Assembly (NCBI GenBank): GCA_051546255.1
Contig: CP128819.1
Location: forward strand, 124,001 to 188,000
Source: Meyerozyma guilliermondii
Lineage: Eukaryota
Reading direction: 5' to 3'
Length of the DNA stretch: 64,000 nt
Shown: positions 43,249 to 56,000 of the stretch, piece by piece
Layout of the letters: every line of letters begins with the position of its first letter
How positions within the stretch are numbered: the stretch's first letter is position 1
Program-made: the position numbers and the translations under genes
The notes under the pieces: generated by a model
What the model was told of the DNA's origin: nothing
The model's input: the letters and a program-made list of their open reading frames with translations, nothing else
Databases searched by the model: none

Positions 43249-44649
43249 ATGTCGCTCCTCCGTTCCAAGATAGTACAGAAACCGTATCAATGGTTTCATT
43301 ACTATTTTCTTTCCGAAAAATATCCGGGGTGTCAGCTTTCTGATTTGTCGTTTGAAACAGATATTGGGATCACCATAACCAAACTCAGACAACACAAATG
43401 GACCATCCAGGAAATAGTGCACTATTCATTCGTTCTGTCGGTTATTTTCTTTGTGTTTCTTATATTCCCGGCTTCGTTTTTCATAAAAATACCCATTCTT
43501 GCGGTATTTATCACCTGTTTTTTGGTCCCATTGACGTCACAATTTTTCATTCATGCTCTCCCCATTTTCTCGTGGCTTGCGTTGTTTTTCCTGGCGGGTA
43601 AAATTCCCGTGCTGTGGAAACCTGCGATCAGCGTGAAGGTTCTTCCAGCTACAGAGACCATCTTTTACGGTGATAACTTATCCAATGTCCTTGCGACTTT
43701 TAACACAACTTTGTTGGATCTTATCGCCTGGCTTCCTTACGGGATAATCCACTTTAGTGCTCCATTTGTGGTGGCACTTCTTATCTTTTTACTTGGTCCT
43801 CCCACCGGATTGCAGTCGTTTGGGTTTGCGTTTGGATACATGAACCTTCTTGGAGTAATGACCCAAATTCTCTTTCCAGCGGCTCCACCATGGTACAAGT
43901 TGTCCCATGGACTCGAACCTGCCAACTACCTGATGAGTGGTTCTCCTGGAGGTTTGGCTCGTATCGATGCAATACTTGGTGTCGATATGTACACCTCTAA
44001 TTTTTCCAATGCTCCAGTGGTGTTCGGAGCATTTCCTTCATTACACTCAGGAATGTCGGTTATGGACGCCTTATTCCTCTGTTGGCTATTCCCCAAGTAT
44101 AAGGTGGTTTGGTGGGCATATGCGGTTTGGTTGTGGTGGAGCACGATGTACTTGACCCACCATTATTTTATTGATCTTATTGGCGGTGCGGTGTTGTCGT
44201 ATGTGGTGTTCACATACTCAAAGTATACTCATCTTCCAATCATGGATCCTACCAAATTTTGTCGGTGGTCGTACACCGAAATTCATAAAGTTGACGTTCG
44301 GTTATCGGACCCTTTAAGCATTAACTTTAATGAGGACACTGAAAACACTCTTCGTCCGTACCTGTTTGTGCCTGCCAGTGATAACATTGAATTGGCACCC
44401 ATGACCCGTTCACGTCAGCAACTGAGATCCTTAGTTCCCACCCTTCAAAGCAATTCCACTGCGAAGTCGTCATCACTGATAAATTTGGCCATAGCTGAAG
44501 AAACACATGATACCGAGGTTCTCGACTCGTCTTCGCTTGAGTATTCTGCCGCCCCACTGGTGTTTGACGAAGAGCAACACCAATCGTTAACAGCGTCCAC
44601 CACGTCGCTTGATGACGAACTTGCATCACGAAGCTACAAAGACAAGTAG
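43249..44649 (+). CDS. AUR1: inositol phosphorylceramide synthase
   Basis: VKVLPATETIFYGDNLS, FPAAPPWY, GSPGGLARID, FGAFPSLHSG, STMYLTHHYFIDL. Confidence 0.96.
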   Translation: MSLLRSKIVQKPYQWFHYYFLSEKYPGCQLSDLSFETDIGITITKLRQHKWTIQEIVHYSFVLSVIFFVFLIFPASFFIKIPILAVFITCFLVPLTSQFFIHALPIFSWLALFFLAGKIPVLWKPAISVKVLPATETIFYGDNLSNVLATFNTTLLDLIAWLPYGIIHFSAPFVVALLIFLLGPPTGLQSFGFAFGYMNLLGVMTQILFPAAPPWYKLSHGLEPANYLMSGSPGGLARIDAILGVDMYTSNFSNAPVVFGAFPSLHSGMSVMDALFLCWLFPKYKVVWWAYAVWLWWSTMYLTHHYFIDLIGGAVLSYVVFTYSKYTHLPIMDPTKFCRWSYTEIHKVDVRLSDPLSINFNEDTENTLRPYLFVPASDNIELAPMTRSRQQLRSLVPTLQSNSTAKSSSLINLAIAEETHDTEVLDSSSLEYSAAPLVFDEEQHQSLTASTTSLDDELASRSYKDK

Positions 44650-44814
44650 CTCTTTAATGTCTAATAACTAATACTAATGTCTGCTATAATGGTTATCTTG
44701 CTTCATTTTCTGCTATCTTTGCTCTTCTACAGCCTACTCATTGATCTCTTTCATGTCAATTTATTCATCTACCGATCCGTTCGGTGAACCGTATTGTTAC
44801 ACTCCCCGTTCTAT

Positions 44815-45183
44815 TTACACCTGTTTGGGGATACTATTATAAGCTCGTTGGTAAGAGGTTCCTGGCGACAATTTATTGGCCAAATCATGACGAATTATGT
44901 TGGCACGAAGCACTCTGGGATCTCTGCGAAGTGTTCTCAACAACTCCTGCTGTACACTTGAAGACACGTCGAATCCCATAAGAAAATGATATCCTTGAAA
45001 ATGTCTTTCTTGATCTTTGGAAATTACCTTTGGAAGAACTCTTGGACCCATACTGGTGACATCGCGTATCACTCCTCTGTTGTTCAAAATCAACTTTCCG
45101 ATGGTGGAAACGATCTTCTTGGCCTCCTTTGCCATCTGCTGTGGATCCAGAATTCTGGATATGGCCAACAACTCGTAGTACAT
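44815..45183 (-). CDS. MRP17: mitochondrial ribosomal protein bS6m
   Basis: MYYEL...IGKLILNNRGVIR...HFQGYHFLMGFD...LRRDPRVLR; ATG 45183. Confidence 0.92.
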   Translation of the reverse strand: MYYELLAISRILDPQQMAKEAKKIVSTIGKLILNNRGVIRDVTSMGPRVLPKVISKDQERHFQGYHFLMGFDVSSSVQQELLRTLRRDPRVLRANIIRHDLANKLSPGTSYQRAYNSIPKQV

Positions 45184-45296
45184 GGCTATATGTAAAGGTG
45201 AAAAATTCGGTGTAAGTGAAGAGCCCAGACACCAGACACCAGACCGCAAATGCAGTTCCAATGCACCCGCACTAAACTAACCCACGACCACATCAG

Positions 45297-45306
45297 CTCA
45301 CGTGAG
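45297..45306. promoter_or_regulatory. Cbf1 site upstream of MET14
   Basis: Palindromic CTCACGTGAG 45 bp upstream of MET14; Cbf1/Met4 control of sulfate-assimilation genes is established. Confidence 0.75.
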
Positions 45307-45350
45307 TTGCAATCATATAAGACTTCCAGTGATTTTCAACTTTTCACAAA

Positions 45351-45950
45351 ATGGCTTCCAACATCACCTGGCACCCCAATTTGAGCCATGAAGAGCGCTC
45401 GGCCCTCAGGAAACAACGAGGTGTTACCGTGTGGCTCACAGGCTTGTCTGCCAGTGGAAAATCCACCATCGCCTGTGCTTTGGAACAATCTCTTTTGGCT
45501 CGTGGATTGAATTCTTACCGATTGGACGGAGATAACGTTCGGTTTGGCTTGAACAAGGACTTGGGGTTCAGTGAACATGACAGAAACGAAAATATCAGAC
45601 GTATATCTGAGGTTGCAAAATTGTTCAATGATTCTTGTTGCATCGCTTTGACATCGTTTATCTCACCATACAGGCAAGACAGACGGTTGGCTCGTGAGCT
45701 CCATGAAAAAGACAATTTACCGTTTGTTGAGGTATATGTTGATGTGCCTGTGGAGGTTGCTGAGAAGAGAGACCCTAAGGGTTTGTACAAGAAGGCTCGT
45801 GAGGGAATCATCAAGGAATTCACTGGAATCAGTGCTCCATATGAAGAGCCAGAAAATGCTGAAATCCACTTGAAAAACTACGAAGGCACCACCGTGGAAG
45901 AGTCTGCTGCCCAGATCATTGCGTACTTGGAGCAGAAGGGATTTATTTAA
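45351..45950 (+). CDS. MET14: adenylylsulfate kinase
   Basis: [48 protein letters not shown]. Confidence 0.98.
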   Translation: MASNITWHPNLSHEERSALRKQRGVTVWLTGLSASGKSTIACALEQSLLARGLNSYRLDGDNVRFGLNKDLGFSEHDRNENIRRISEVAKLFNDSCCIALTSFISPYRQDRRLARELHEKDNLPFVEVYVDVPVEVAEKRDPKGLYKKAREGIIKEFTGISAPYEEPENAEIHLKNYEGTTVEESAAQIIAYLEQKGFI

Positions 45951-46101
45951 GATAGAGTAGATGAAGGACAAAAGTAATATGCTGTAGCTCGTCTATGATA
46001 ACTGTCGAGATTGGTCTGTAAGCTAAAAAGATTGGTGTGCATTAAGCTGTAGGGTCTGAATCTGTACCTGGTCTAGCTGTAGCGTATGCATCATTCATTA
46101 T

Positions 46102-46779
46102 CTATTTCTTCAAGCTATTGAGTCGTGCCTGTAAATCGTCTTCGTCAGACGCTCCCACCGCTTGAGCAACCTTGTTTTCTGCTTCTTGTTCGGCAGTTAT
46201 ATGGCTAGGTGTGTCCTTCAACGTGGTATTGAGGTCCACTCCAATCTCGTCAAGAACCTTACCCAAGATTTCATCCACTTGTTCGTCTTCGCCCAATTCG
46301 TCTTCATCGTCTGCCATCGCATCGTCAATGGCATCGTCCATGAACTCCTGTTTCTGGTCCATGAGATCGTTTTCTTTGGAGAACTCCTGCGCAATACGAG
46401 AGAGTTGTGGCAAATTCATCGATCGGTTCATTCCCGAAAGAAGTCGGGTGGCATCGTGCATCGAGGCTGCCATCTGCTGGTTGCTTCTCACCGACTGGAT
46501 TCTCAACAGAATCGCCTGGAGTTGTGCCTTCATCGAGTTGAACTTGACTATGTAATTCTTGGTCCGTATCAAGTCTTTTGCTTGAACTTTGGCGCTTTGA
46601 ATCTGGCCCAGTTTCGCCAGCTTTTTGATATCCAGCATCAACTTTTTTTCTTGGGCTTGTAACTTTGTGGTTTCTCGTGCGAGCTCACGCTGTGTCTTCT
46701 CAAGAGCACGCTGATTCTTGCGCAACCGCTCTTGCGGCGTCAATTTTTTCCCAAAAGCCCACTCGAAAATACCGGGCAT
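46102..46779 (-). CDS. DID4: ESCRT-III subunit Did4/Vps2
   Basis: FEWAFGKKLTPQERLRKNQRALE...KVQAKDLIRT...DDLQARLNSLKK; ATG 46779. Confidence 0.95.
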   Translation of the reverse strand: MPGIFEWAFGKKLTPQERLRKNQRALEKTQRELARETTKLQAQEKKLMLDIKKLAKLGQIQSAKVQAKDLIRTKNYIVKFNSMKAQLQAILLRIQSVRSNQQMAASMHDATRLLSGMNRSMNLPQLSRIAQEFSKENDLMDQKQEFMDDAIDDAMADDEDELGEDEQVDEILGKVLDEIGVDLNTTLKDTPSHITAEQEAENKVAQAVGASDEDDLQARLNSLKK

Positions 46780-46871
46780 ATCGAGGGTGAATGCTGGTTT
46801 CGCAGCGATAGAAGTTATCGCGCTGGTTATGTGCACTACCAAAAGTTGCACCCAAGCTAAATCTTGGTTGG

Positions 46872-47948
46872 TTACAACTTGGGTGTTGCTAAAGCCAACT
46901 TCGCTGCTTCCTGGCCCATTGCATAGCCAGACTGGTAGCCGTACCCGCTGGCTCCGTAGTTGTGGACCAATATTTTGTTTTGAAAATTTTGCTTTTCAAT
47001 TCTAACTCCGCCGGTTCTGCTTGGCCGGAGTCCTGCAACCACACGAAGAACTTCTAAATCTTCTATATTCGGACCATGGATGTTATCAGAAAGTATTTTT
47101 GGAAACATTTTAGTCGTGCGGTTCAAAATATCGTCACTTTGTTCCTTGAGAGTATCTGGGGTCCAGTCACCATGCTGCAAAAATCCACCCAAAATCATTT
47201 GATCGTTGGAATATGGCCGCTTGATGACGTAGGTGGCCGAGTCTTTACCCCAGAACATTCTGTTTTCCAGAATATGTGGTGCTTTTACCACCACAACCTG
47301 TCCCCGCGTGGGGTACACCATGGTGTCTTCTACACCACCCAAACTTCTCGCTCCAATGCCACTGCAATTTACTACGGCGATCGTGTCTGGGTAGTAAGCC
47401 TCTGCTATGTGATTGAGTTTCTTGCGGTTGACTTGAACACCTTTTCTTTGGAGATAATTCATCATAGATTTGAGAAAAAGAGGGCAGTTGAAATTCCAGC
47501 TCAAAAACCTAATACCATATTCATATCCCTCAGGAAGGTCCTTAAGCTCCTCATAGTCGTCCAAGTAGCTTCTGAGTGAATTTATCTTCTCCTGCGATGG
47601 ATGTGTGGCAAAATACTCGTGAGAAACATATCTGTCTAATCCACATTTTGCACCTCCTAGACTCTTTTGCACCTTAGTAAGATTCCGGTAGGTTATTTTG
47701 TCTCTTCTAAGCGTTTCTGGGTCGTCGCCAGTGATACACGAAAAATTTCCCCCGGCATAAGGAGAAGTGTAGCGAATCGATTCGTCGCCGGGAAAAAATT
47801 CCGCAACTATTTTGATGTCAATTGCATCCACATGGCTCTCAAGCAAGTTGTAGGCAGTATAGAAGCCGATAATTCCAGCACTGTATTAGTAGCAACGCAA
47901 ATAAAAGGTCCCAAAAACTACGTACCCTACAATTACGTATTTGGTCAT
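46872..47948 (-). CDS. D-amino-acid/D-aspartate oxidase, two exons (47948-47926, 47880-46872), PTS1-like PKL
   Basis: Spliced N-terminus MTKYVIVGAGIIG (GxGxxG); YTSPYAGG, VVNCSGIGA, PTRGQ, GLRPSR, HNYGASGYGYQ; ends -PKL. Confidence 0.92.
47881..47925 (-). other. 45-nt spliceosomal intron
   Basis: GTACGT...TACTAAT-ACAG; removal fuses GG|T into the first Gly of GAGIIG in frame. Confidence 0.9.
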
Positions 47949-48025
47949 AAAACGATTTGATAAAAATTAAATTTCGGCTGCGAAAAATATTCGTGTTTCG
48001 AGGCTATATACACGACAGTTGCCTA

Positions 48026-49915
48026 TCAATGCCCTTGCAATGGTTCGGTTTCGCCCTCTCTGGTAGCAAGACTGTACTGGTCGCTGTCCTGGTGAGCACT
48101 GAGAATGGCATAGAGCTTTCTCATAGTTTCTTCATTTTCTTTGGTATCGACATCTTCAATGCCGTACCGGTAGATGGAGTACACTCCAAAAAGAGCCAAA
48201 ATTGTGCAAATGAAAAATGCAACATAACCTTTGGTGGTGAAGCCCTCGGGAAGCGGTTTGGCCTGCACTAGCTCTCCGGAAAGATTGAGCCAATCGGACT
48301 CGTCAGGACCAAAGTTTCCTGCAGCATTGCCGTAGCTTATAGTGTTCAGAAGCTTGCAAGCATCCCAGTGCGATTGAGGAATTGACAGATTCTGAGCAAG
48401 AATATCCATTGGAGACTCCACCAACGTAATAGCCAAGCCCTGCTCCAAGTGCCAGTCGACATGGCAGTGGAAAAACCACACACCAGGGTTGTCGGCTTTG
48501 AATCGAAGAACTATAAAACCATTGGGATTGACCATGACGGTATCACGCATCATAGGATGGTTTGGAAAGTTGTTGTGTTCTGGGTTTGTCTCGTCGTAAA
48601 CTAGTGGATTATCGTCGTCTTCACCTTCAGGAGACCTGGAAATTAACTGGAAAATGTGTCCGTGTAAATGGAATGGGTGCTTGCCTGGATCCATATTGTT
48701 CAATACGATCTCCACAACTTCGTCTTTTTGAAGAACGTACGTATGAGTGTTTGAGCCATAAATTCCGGCATTATTGGCAAATTTCCCAGCGGATAATACC
48801 GACATCAATGTGGGTACTTTGGGCAACACATAGGTGATATTGTTGAAAAATGCATAGTTGACTCCATCGCCAAGGTTATTCATAGTAAAATTGAGCTCGA
48901 TCTGGTAGTCGTAGTCGTCCAAGAGGGGTGTCTTGCTGAGAGGTTTCAAGTAAAAATCATCAAAAGGGTTCAATTTGCCAATGGCTGCTTCAAATTTATC
49001 TGGACCATTTGTCAATCTTTCAGGAAGCTTGGAAGATTTATCGTAAACCAAGTAGTTTGTAGATATGACTTCTAAGTCTTCTGGAAGTACATCGAGCATT
49101 TCCTGGTCAATAATGTTCACAAAACGAAAGTTTTCTTTGGTATCTTTAGTATGAAGAAGGACAGTATACCGCTGGGCCACAGTGATATACAACGAGTCCA
49201 CTTCCTGTGGTTTAACACGAACACCATCCACCTCAACTATAGTCATCTTGTGTCCCTCCAAGTAAATATACTGGGACACAAACATTCCCATATTGACAAA
49301 TCTGACAAGGTAGGTTTTGTCTGGCTGAACCGTCCATGTCATGTTCTTGGTATCGTTCACAAGAGCATTCTGGGGTATTGGTTCGGCTCCAGTTGGATTG
49401 TACTTGTTCAAAAACTTGCCCATTATCACAGAAGCTTCATTATGGTACCAATCGCTGACAGAAATACTCACTTCTTCATCGTGAGAAGGAAGAGTATCAT
49501 CTTCAATGATGAAAAATCCTCGAAGTCCGTCACTATATTGTGCTCCCGAGTGGGAATGGTACCAGTAAGTACCGGACTGGTCTCCAATGGTAAAATTATA
49601 GACAAACTTGTGACCAGGAGGAATAGGACATTGGGTCACTTGTTCTGCTCCATCCATAAAATTTTGCTTTTCTTGAAAAAGACCATGGAAATGAAGTGAC
49701 GTGTTGCGGTCGAGCTGGTTGTCCACGTTTATAACCACTCTATCATGAGGCTTCACTCTTATGGTGGGAATAGGCCATTCGTTATTGATTCCTATCACTC
49801 GTCTTTCATGCAAGCCGTCGGGATTTTTGGTGACATACGTAATATTGAAGTTATACACATGCGTCTTGGCCGTCACCACCGACACAAGAAACGCTATTAG
49901 CAACAAAACTTGCAT
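48026..49915 (-). CDS. Fet3/Fet5-family multicopper ferroxidase (FET33-like)
   Basis: Signal peptide; HFHG, WYHSH, HPFHLHGH, HCHVDWHLEQGL copper motifs; GAEPIP; C-terminal transmembrane helix; ATG 49915. Confidence 0.93.
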   Translation of the reverse strand: MQVLLLIAFLVSVVTAKTHVYNFNITYVTKNPDGLHERRVIGINNEWPIPTIRVKPHDRVVINVDNQLDRNTSLHFHGLFQEKQNFMDGAEQVTQCPIPPGHKFVYNFTIGDQSGTYWYHSHSGAQYSDGLRGFFIIEDDTLPSHDEEVSISVSDWYHNEASVIMGKFLNKYNPTGAEPIPQNALVNDTKNMTWTVQPDKTYLVRFVNMGMFVSQYIYLEGHKMTIVEVDGVRVKPQEVDSLYITVAQRYTVLLHTKDTKENFRFVNIIDQEMLDVLPEDLEVISTNYLVYDKSSKLPERLTNGPDKFEAAIGKLNPFDDFYLKPLSKTPLLDDYDYQIELNFTMNNLGDGVNYAFFNNITYVLPKVPTLMSVLSAGKFANNAGIYGSNTHTYVLQKDEVVEIVLNNMDPGKHPFHLHGHIFQLISRSPEGEDDDNPLVYDETNPEHNNFPNHPMMRDTVMVNPNGFIVLRFKADNPGVWFFHCHVDWHLEQGLAITLVESPMDILAQNLSIPQSHWDACKLLNTISYGNAAGNFGPDESDWLNLSGELVQAKPLPEGFTTKGYVAFFICTILALFGVYSIYRYGIEDVDTKENEETMRKLYAILSAHQDSDQYSLATREGETEPLQGH

Positions 49916-50026
49916 CTTTTTTTTGTTTGGAATTCTTTTTCTTGGATCTTGAACTTGGATCTTGATTTTGATTATTGAGATATTCCTGTACCTAACCATT
50001 AATGCCCGATTCGGCATTGGGTTGCA

Positions 50027-53000
50027 TTATGCTTGGCCAAACGTTTTCAACTCGATTTCGTTCACCAGATCTGCCGAGTTGCCGTTTGCGTTGTACACCA
50101 AGAGACTCTCTGCTGCCTGTCTCTGCTGCTCAGAAAGCGACCCAATGGCCTGTTTGAAGGCATCAGCATCCATATTAAGAAGAACCATGAGCCGCTCTTT
50201 CACGTAACTTTTCAACTCTGTGTTTGCAAATTTAAGCAACAATGGCACAAGTAAACCGTAAAAAATTTTGAGTTTGTTGGGCTCTCTCTTTTGTTCTTTG
50301 GCGTATACCAAAAGAAGCTCCATTGGTAATTTTCGTTTGCTGACTGCTTCCTCGTCGTTCCACAATTTCAAGAGTAAAGTCTGGATGATATTTTTGAGCA
50401 CTAAGCTGTTCTGGCATGCTGGAGTCAGAACTAACGACTTTATCGCTTGAACCGCGAGCGTTGTATGTTCATCTTCGTCAATCATGTTGCAAAGTGAATT
50501 TGCAACAAGAATAGACTCTTGCTCATTATGCTCCACTTCTCCCGTGGTGATCAAAACCAACGCCGATAATACCCAGACGTTGTTGTCGGATTCAAAGTTG
50601 TAGTAGTCGTGTATAGCGTAATAGAAACTCTTGACCATCTCATCAGAAATCTTCATGACCTCAACTATCACGCTCTTCAAATGTGGTAAAACAACCGCTA
50701 TCAATAACGGATTCTTTTGCTCATAGATCTTGGCAAAGATGAACAACAAACAGGAGTACAAGTCCTTTTTGATCATGTCTGGAAACTTTGAAATCATCTC
50801 TACCACCTTCTGTAAAAATGTGCCGGTGATAATCAACGATGGTCCACTGTCATACTTCTTGAGTCTCATGCGGGTATTTGGATCTTCGACGTCAAAGTCG
50901 TTTCTCAAAAATGGCAAGATATTGAAAAGTGGAAGTATACTCACACGCAACAACTCAAAGAGCTTATTGAGGCCCTCTTCTGGGTCTGTGTTTGTGTTCA
51001 AGTAACTTTGGAAAATCGTGTAGATCATCTCAGATATTTCACACTCGACTTCAACACCCTGGTCAATCAAGATGAGTCTGTCGATGAGATCAATGAACTC
51101 GCAGAATATCTCATTATCGAAAAGAAGCTCGACTAGCTTTGAGTTCTTGAACAAGCGAGTCAAACACAATAATATCTCTGACACGTTCTGGTTTCTAACG
51201 AGAGTTTCAACGCTCAAACTGAACAAAATGAAGAAGAAGTTTGACTCGTTCTCTCCGAGGTATTCGTTCATTTTTGATGAGTTAGACTCCAACTGCAAAC
51301 TCAACACACTAATGAAGTTAATCCAGTAATTGTTATAGAGTGCGAGCTCTTTCGATGCATGCTCAGAATGTTTAATCTGAGAGTATTCTTTCAAAATAAG
51401 AATCCAAAGCGGTACCAAAATACTGGAATACTTCTCGAGAATCTCTTTCAACTCACTTCCTTCTGCATCATTCACCTCTTCGGAATTGATCTGTAAGTGA
51501 GCCCAACAGTTGAGAATAGAAAGCTGGATCGATTTTCTTCCGTACTCCGAAATATTTTCCAAAAACGTGAATCTGATGAATTTGTTTGATGAAATCTCCT
51601 CCAACAACGATATCAAGGTATTCAATATCCTCTTCTTGGAGTAAAATTTGATCAACGGAAGGTTGATGAACTTTGAAGACACATTGATGGCTTCTGAGAG
51701 AACTTTGGAATCGCTATCTGCGCTGAAACATGGCATTAATGCCGAAATGATTTGGGCTTGTTGCTGTTCCAAAATAGAGACAGTTGGGTAAAGTGGGTCT
51801 GCCATATGACCAAACAACTTCAAAGTTCGATCCAACAATTCAATACCTTTGAGTCGCATGTCACTGGTTGGGGCAGTGGAACCAAAGAAGGATATCTTGA
51901 TAAGATCTTGAATTCGACTCTTCAAGTTATTCAATAATTTGTCGTCAGTCTTTGCTTGAAGAAGTACCTGGTTCAATAGTTCGAAAATGTGAAGTCTGAA
52001 CTCCCAAGAGATAGGTTCGCTTTTCTCAGCATCCTCATCTCCTTCTGCAACGATATTCTCGATCTCTTCATCCCGAAACTCAACATGCTGGTTAGCCTTC
52101 TTTTGTCTTTGCAGTAATGGAAGTAACTTTTGGTGGTAGTTTATTTCCATAAACAGGCCCTGAAGCTTCTTGGACGAGTATCTGAATAGCGAGTTGAGAA
52201 CCGCAAACCAATCAATATCAGATGAGGACTCGACCCAAAGCTTGGTGAGTAGCTTGAGGTCGTCACAGGCGAAGCAGTTCATAGATATCCAAAGAAGCTT
52301 GACAGTTTCCTTGGACAATGATTTGATGCCATGAATCTTGAATAATTGTACATAACAGCCACAAGCTTTCTCGTAAAGAGCCTTACTAGTTGTGCAGGAG
52401 AACAAAGCCTCTTCGCTGAACGACGTTAAAGGAGTTGTTGCAACACCCGTTTTCAAGTTTCGAGCGATGATAAGATTGAGAAAGTTAGTGAAAAACAGGA
52501 GCTCCTTGTAGAGAAAGTTATGATCGAAAATCACCAACTCCAGTAATAATGAGAGAAAGTTGCTGGTGGTTTTGATTGCATCTGGCTGAGAAGCAACATT
52601 GATGCCGTGTCTAATACTCACAACCAAACTAACAAGACGGTCCTTCGAGTCGCTCGCTAGTTCGTGCAAACCAGGGCCAAAAGATGTTACAATTTGCTCA
52701 CAAATGTTGGCAGCGAGATGAACAGACGGGAACCGGTACCTCATGTTTGAAGTAGCTTTGCTGGAAGTATTGTTAAAGTCGTCTTTAATGAAGCACTCGT
52801 GTAGTTGGTGTAGTATTTCTGTGTTTCTGGAACGGAGATCTCTTCCAGAACTCAAAATGACCAAAGATTTCAAGCTGAAATGGTTGATGATGGGATGAGG
52901 ATCGTTCAACAACTGACTGACGACGCCATAAACATCTGAAAATTGCCGACCGGTGAATTGGTAAATCTTGGAGAGAATCAATAGTGATCTTGCTCGAGCA

Positions 53001-56000
53001 ATGGGGTCATTATCGTTCACAATAACCTTGATATACTTGGCAATCAATTCCTCTGTTTTCTGGGTTACGGATATGGATACTGCTAGGCCGATTGTTTCTG
53101 TAATGAGCAGTAACATCGAAGGATCTTCGGTATTCACAACCTCACATATTTGAACAATCGCATCAGCTAAACGACCATCAAGCTTTTTTCCCTTGTCGAA
53201 ATAATTTGCTGCTAAACCGTGCAAAGCTACAACAGTATTGATGCTAGCGGCTCTTGATCGCAACCCATCCACATCCTTGGCAGTGATGAACCCTCTGATC
53301 TGCTCCAACAAAGAGTGTTGGATCTTCAAGCTCAATTGAGGAAACACAGATTGGAGCAATTCTATAGAGTAGTCGACAAGTGAAGTTAGGAGATTCGTCA
53401 GAAACTGTTCCTGAGCCGAATAGTCACCATGAAGAAAAACACTAGGGTCGTAATTCACACTATTGTCAACCAGCTTCCAAACATTAAGCTCGAGCTTGTC
53501 AATCCAGTCCAAGATATCATAGCTACTGCTTTCCAACAATGGTCGAGAATCTTTATCATTAGGTAGTAATATCATGTCCAAGTGAGGAGTAAAGGGACGT
53601 AGTTTACTGGTAACGCCAAATGAATAGTTATACTCTTCACTTAGTGGGACAAATGATGGCTCTTTATCCTGGATTGTCCTTCTATCCTGCCTTGACTTCG
53701 ATTTGCTTTTCTCTCTCGACTCGATATTTTGAATGCGAGAGAAAATCTTGGTGTCGCTGAAAACCCTAATCAAGAAAACAACCATGCTGGAATTGACATC
53801 ATTTTTGAGTAAGGGTAGAAGCTTATTGAAGCACCGAAGCAAGATTTTCTTGGAGTAAAGTATGAGCGAAACAAACACATTCTCAATAGAAGCAGTCTCG
53901 AGTAACAAATGATTTGAGAAGAGCGTATTGCTGACCAAGTTTGGATTGTAGTTGCTTTCCTGAAACTCGGTGCTGGAAAAATTAGTAACGGCACCAATGT
54001 CGCCCAAGTTACTCTCTAGGTATGCCAAATAATTGTATGACTTTGTGAGAAGAAAGTGTAGGTTCTTCAATGATTCTGGGGTAAGTTCGGCTGAATCAAT
54101 GTAGTTGAGCAAACATCCCAAACTATGAATTCTCAAGCGTAAGTTTCCTAATACTTCTTTTTGTGTTTCTGGGCCATCACTTTCGTCTTTGGAGAGACCC
54201 ATAAATTGGGAAGTTAAGAGACTTTTCCAAAACACAAGAAACTGTGATGAATTCAATTTGACAAATTCGGAGTCCTTGTACAACGTTACAAGCGAGGTTA
54301 AAAGGATCCAGCACGATGAATTTTTCAAAATATTCTTTTTTGACAGGGTGGTATTTTGCTTCAAATTCTGGGTACAGAAACCCAACATCTTGGCCACAAC
54401 AGAATTCAGTAGAAGTGTTGAATCTGTTTGTTTGATCAACGACAGTAGGAACAACGAGTAGCTGAGAATTTTGATCGAGAGTGAACGTGTGACATTGTCT
54501 TTTTCGTCGCTGGCTGTCTCATGTGTAGAAGGAGTGTCTAAAGCCGAAAATTCATGTGTCAATCCTTCGAAAGAACGAAGTACCAAAGGATTAATTTCCA
54601 CTTCATTGGTAGCGCCATACTTGAGTAGAGTGCTGAGCGAGTAGGTACGAATGTAGTCGTTGCTGTTGATGATCAACTTGAATAGAAGATCATTTAGAAA
54701 GGAATTTTTGGTCAATTGTTCTTCCTCGGCCTGATCTGGTGACTGAACCAACGAATTAAAATTAACACCGAAAGGAATCAACAATTCTATGATGTATAGT
54801 AGGAGCCTGCAAGTGTATGGATTGTGAAACGGAAGTATTCCTGACTCCGACTCATCTCTCTTCTTGCTTTTTGAAACAGTTTTGCTTCTCATCAATGTAA
54901 AGCGTGCACCTTCTTTTTTGGGTTCTGACTTCGATGTCTCTTCAATTGATTCCATGCTAAATTTCTGAAAAACATACCTCATGAAGAGATCCTGGCTAGT
55001 GGATCCACTTTCCCCGTGGACAAAGTCAATCACCCTTAGCCAATGGTCTAAAACAGTGTTCCATTGCTTGTCCTGAATATGATTGGGAACGTCATTAAGA
55101 CAGCGAAACTTGCTTAGCACCGCATCCAATATAGCAATTATATTGGTGGAAACGTAATCCAGGTTTTGAAATTGTTGTAACTGAACGAAAAAAATCAATG
55201 TTTCGACATATCCTGCTCCTAGTAAACCTAGAGAGATATCATCGTCTATGATCAGTTCGCTGTTTCTTGCAAGTAACGAATTTTTATCTTTTCTGAGTCC
55301 ATGGACCTTTTCTCCATCCAAGTCGACCTCGTGGTTCAAGGAGGGATGCCAAGTGTTGAGCTTTGGAAGAGGGTATTCTCCCACCAAGTACTCGACGGGG
55401 CTGAATTTACCTGTGTCTACTAAAGAAAGCAACAAATGAGCCAAAAGTTCCACCGTGGCTATTCGGATCTCCTTATAGTAATTGGTGAATCCGAGCTGTA
55501 TCGTTTTTTTGTGAGTTTCAAGAAGTGTCAATTGGAACTGATGTTGGGTGGACATGATGGATTCTGCTTTGAGTTTTGAGGAACCCGATACTGACATGGC
55601 GAGTGAAGTTTCATAGTTGGTTGTTACGGACAAGATGAGCAAGTTTTTGAGGAGTAGGGTGTAGCTCTTTTTTATGGAGACGGTGGTCGTATTGTCGGCA
55701 ACTGATTGCAGTGTGAGGGCTTTTGTTGCAATTTTTAAAAGTTTTGCTTGGAATTTCACGTCAAGATCGGATTTTGTAGCGTGTTTGGTTACCACGCAAA
55801 GCAAGTTTACCAAATGGGGGCTAATGGTTGGATTCTTTTTGAGAATCTTGTAGATCAGTGTTGCACTAAAATTGATCAAGGACGTTAACGAAGCGGGAAA
55901 AGACTCGAATATGTCGGTGAGAAGGATTATAGCAGCCGTCGAAGACACAGCAAGAGTCCCTGAATCGTTAAGATTGATATAGTTGAGAAGGCCGTTTGTG

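Noticed and set aside
43730..43970. Aureobasidin-resistance substitutions in AUR1
   Set aside because: The HF pair (GIIHFSAP) and the Ala in GGLARID match the sensitive wild-type residues as I recall them.
45262..45268. Aft-type TGCACCC words (also near 29089 and 40574)
   Set aside because: Not next to iron-uptake genes, and a 7-mer is expected by chance at this frequency.
45212..45296. GTAAGT...AACTAAC...CAG intron-like signature upstream of MET14
   Set aside because: It would need a start site at or inside MRP17 and would put the Cbf1 site in the leader. The composition is CA-rich rather than T-rich. Likely chance unless junction reads exist.
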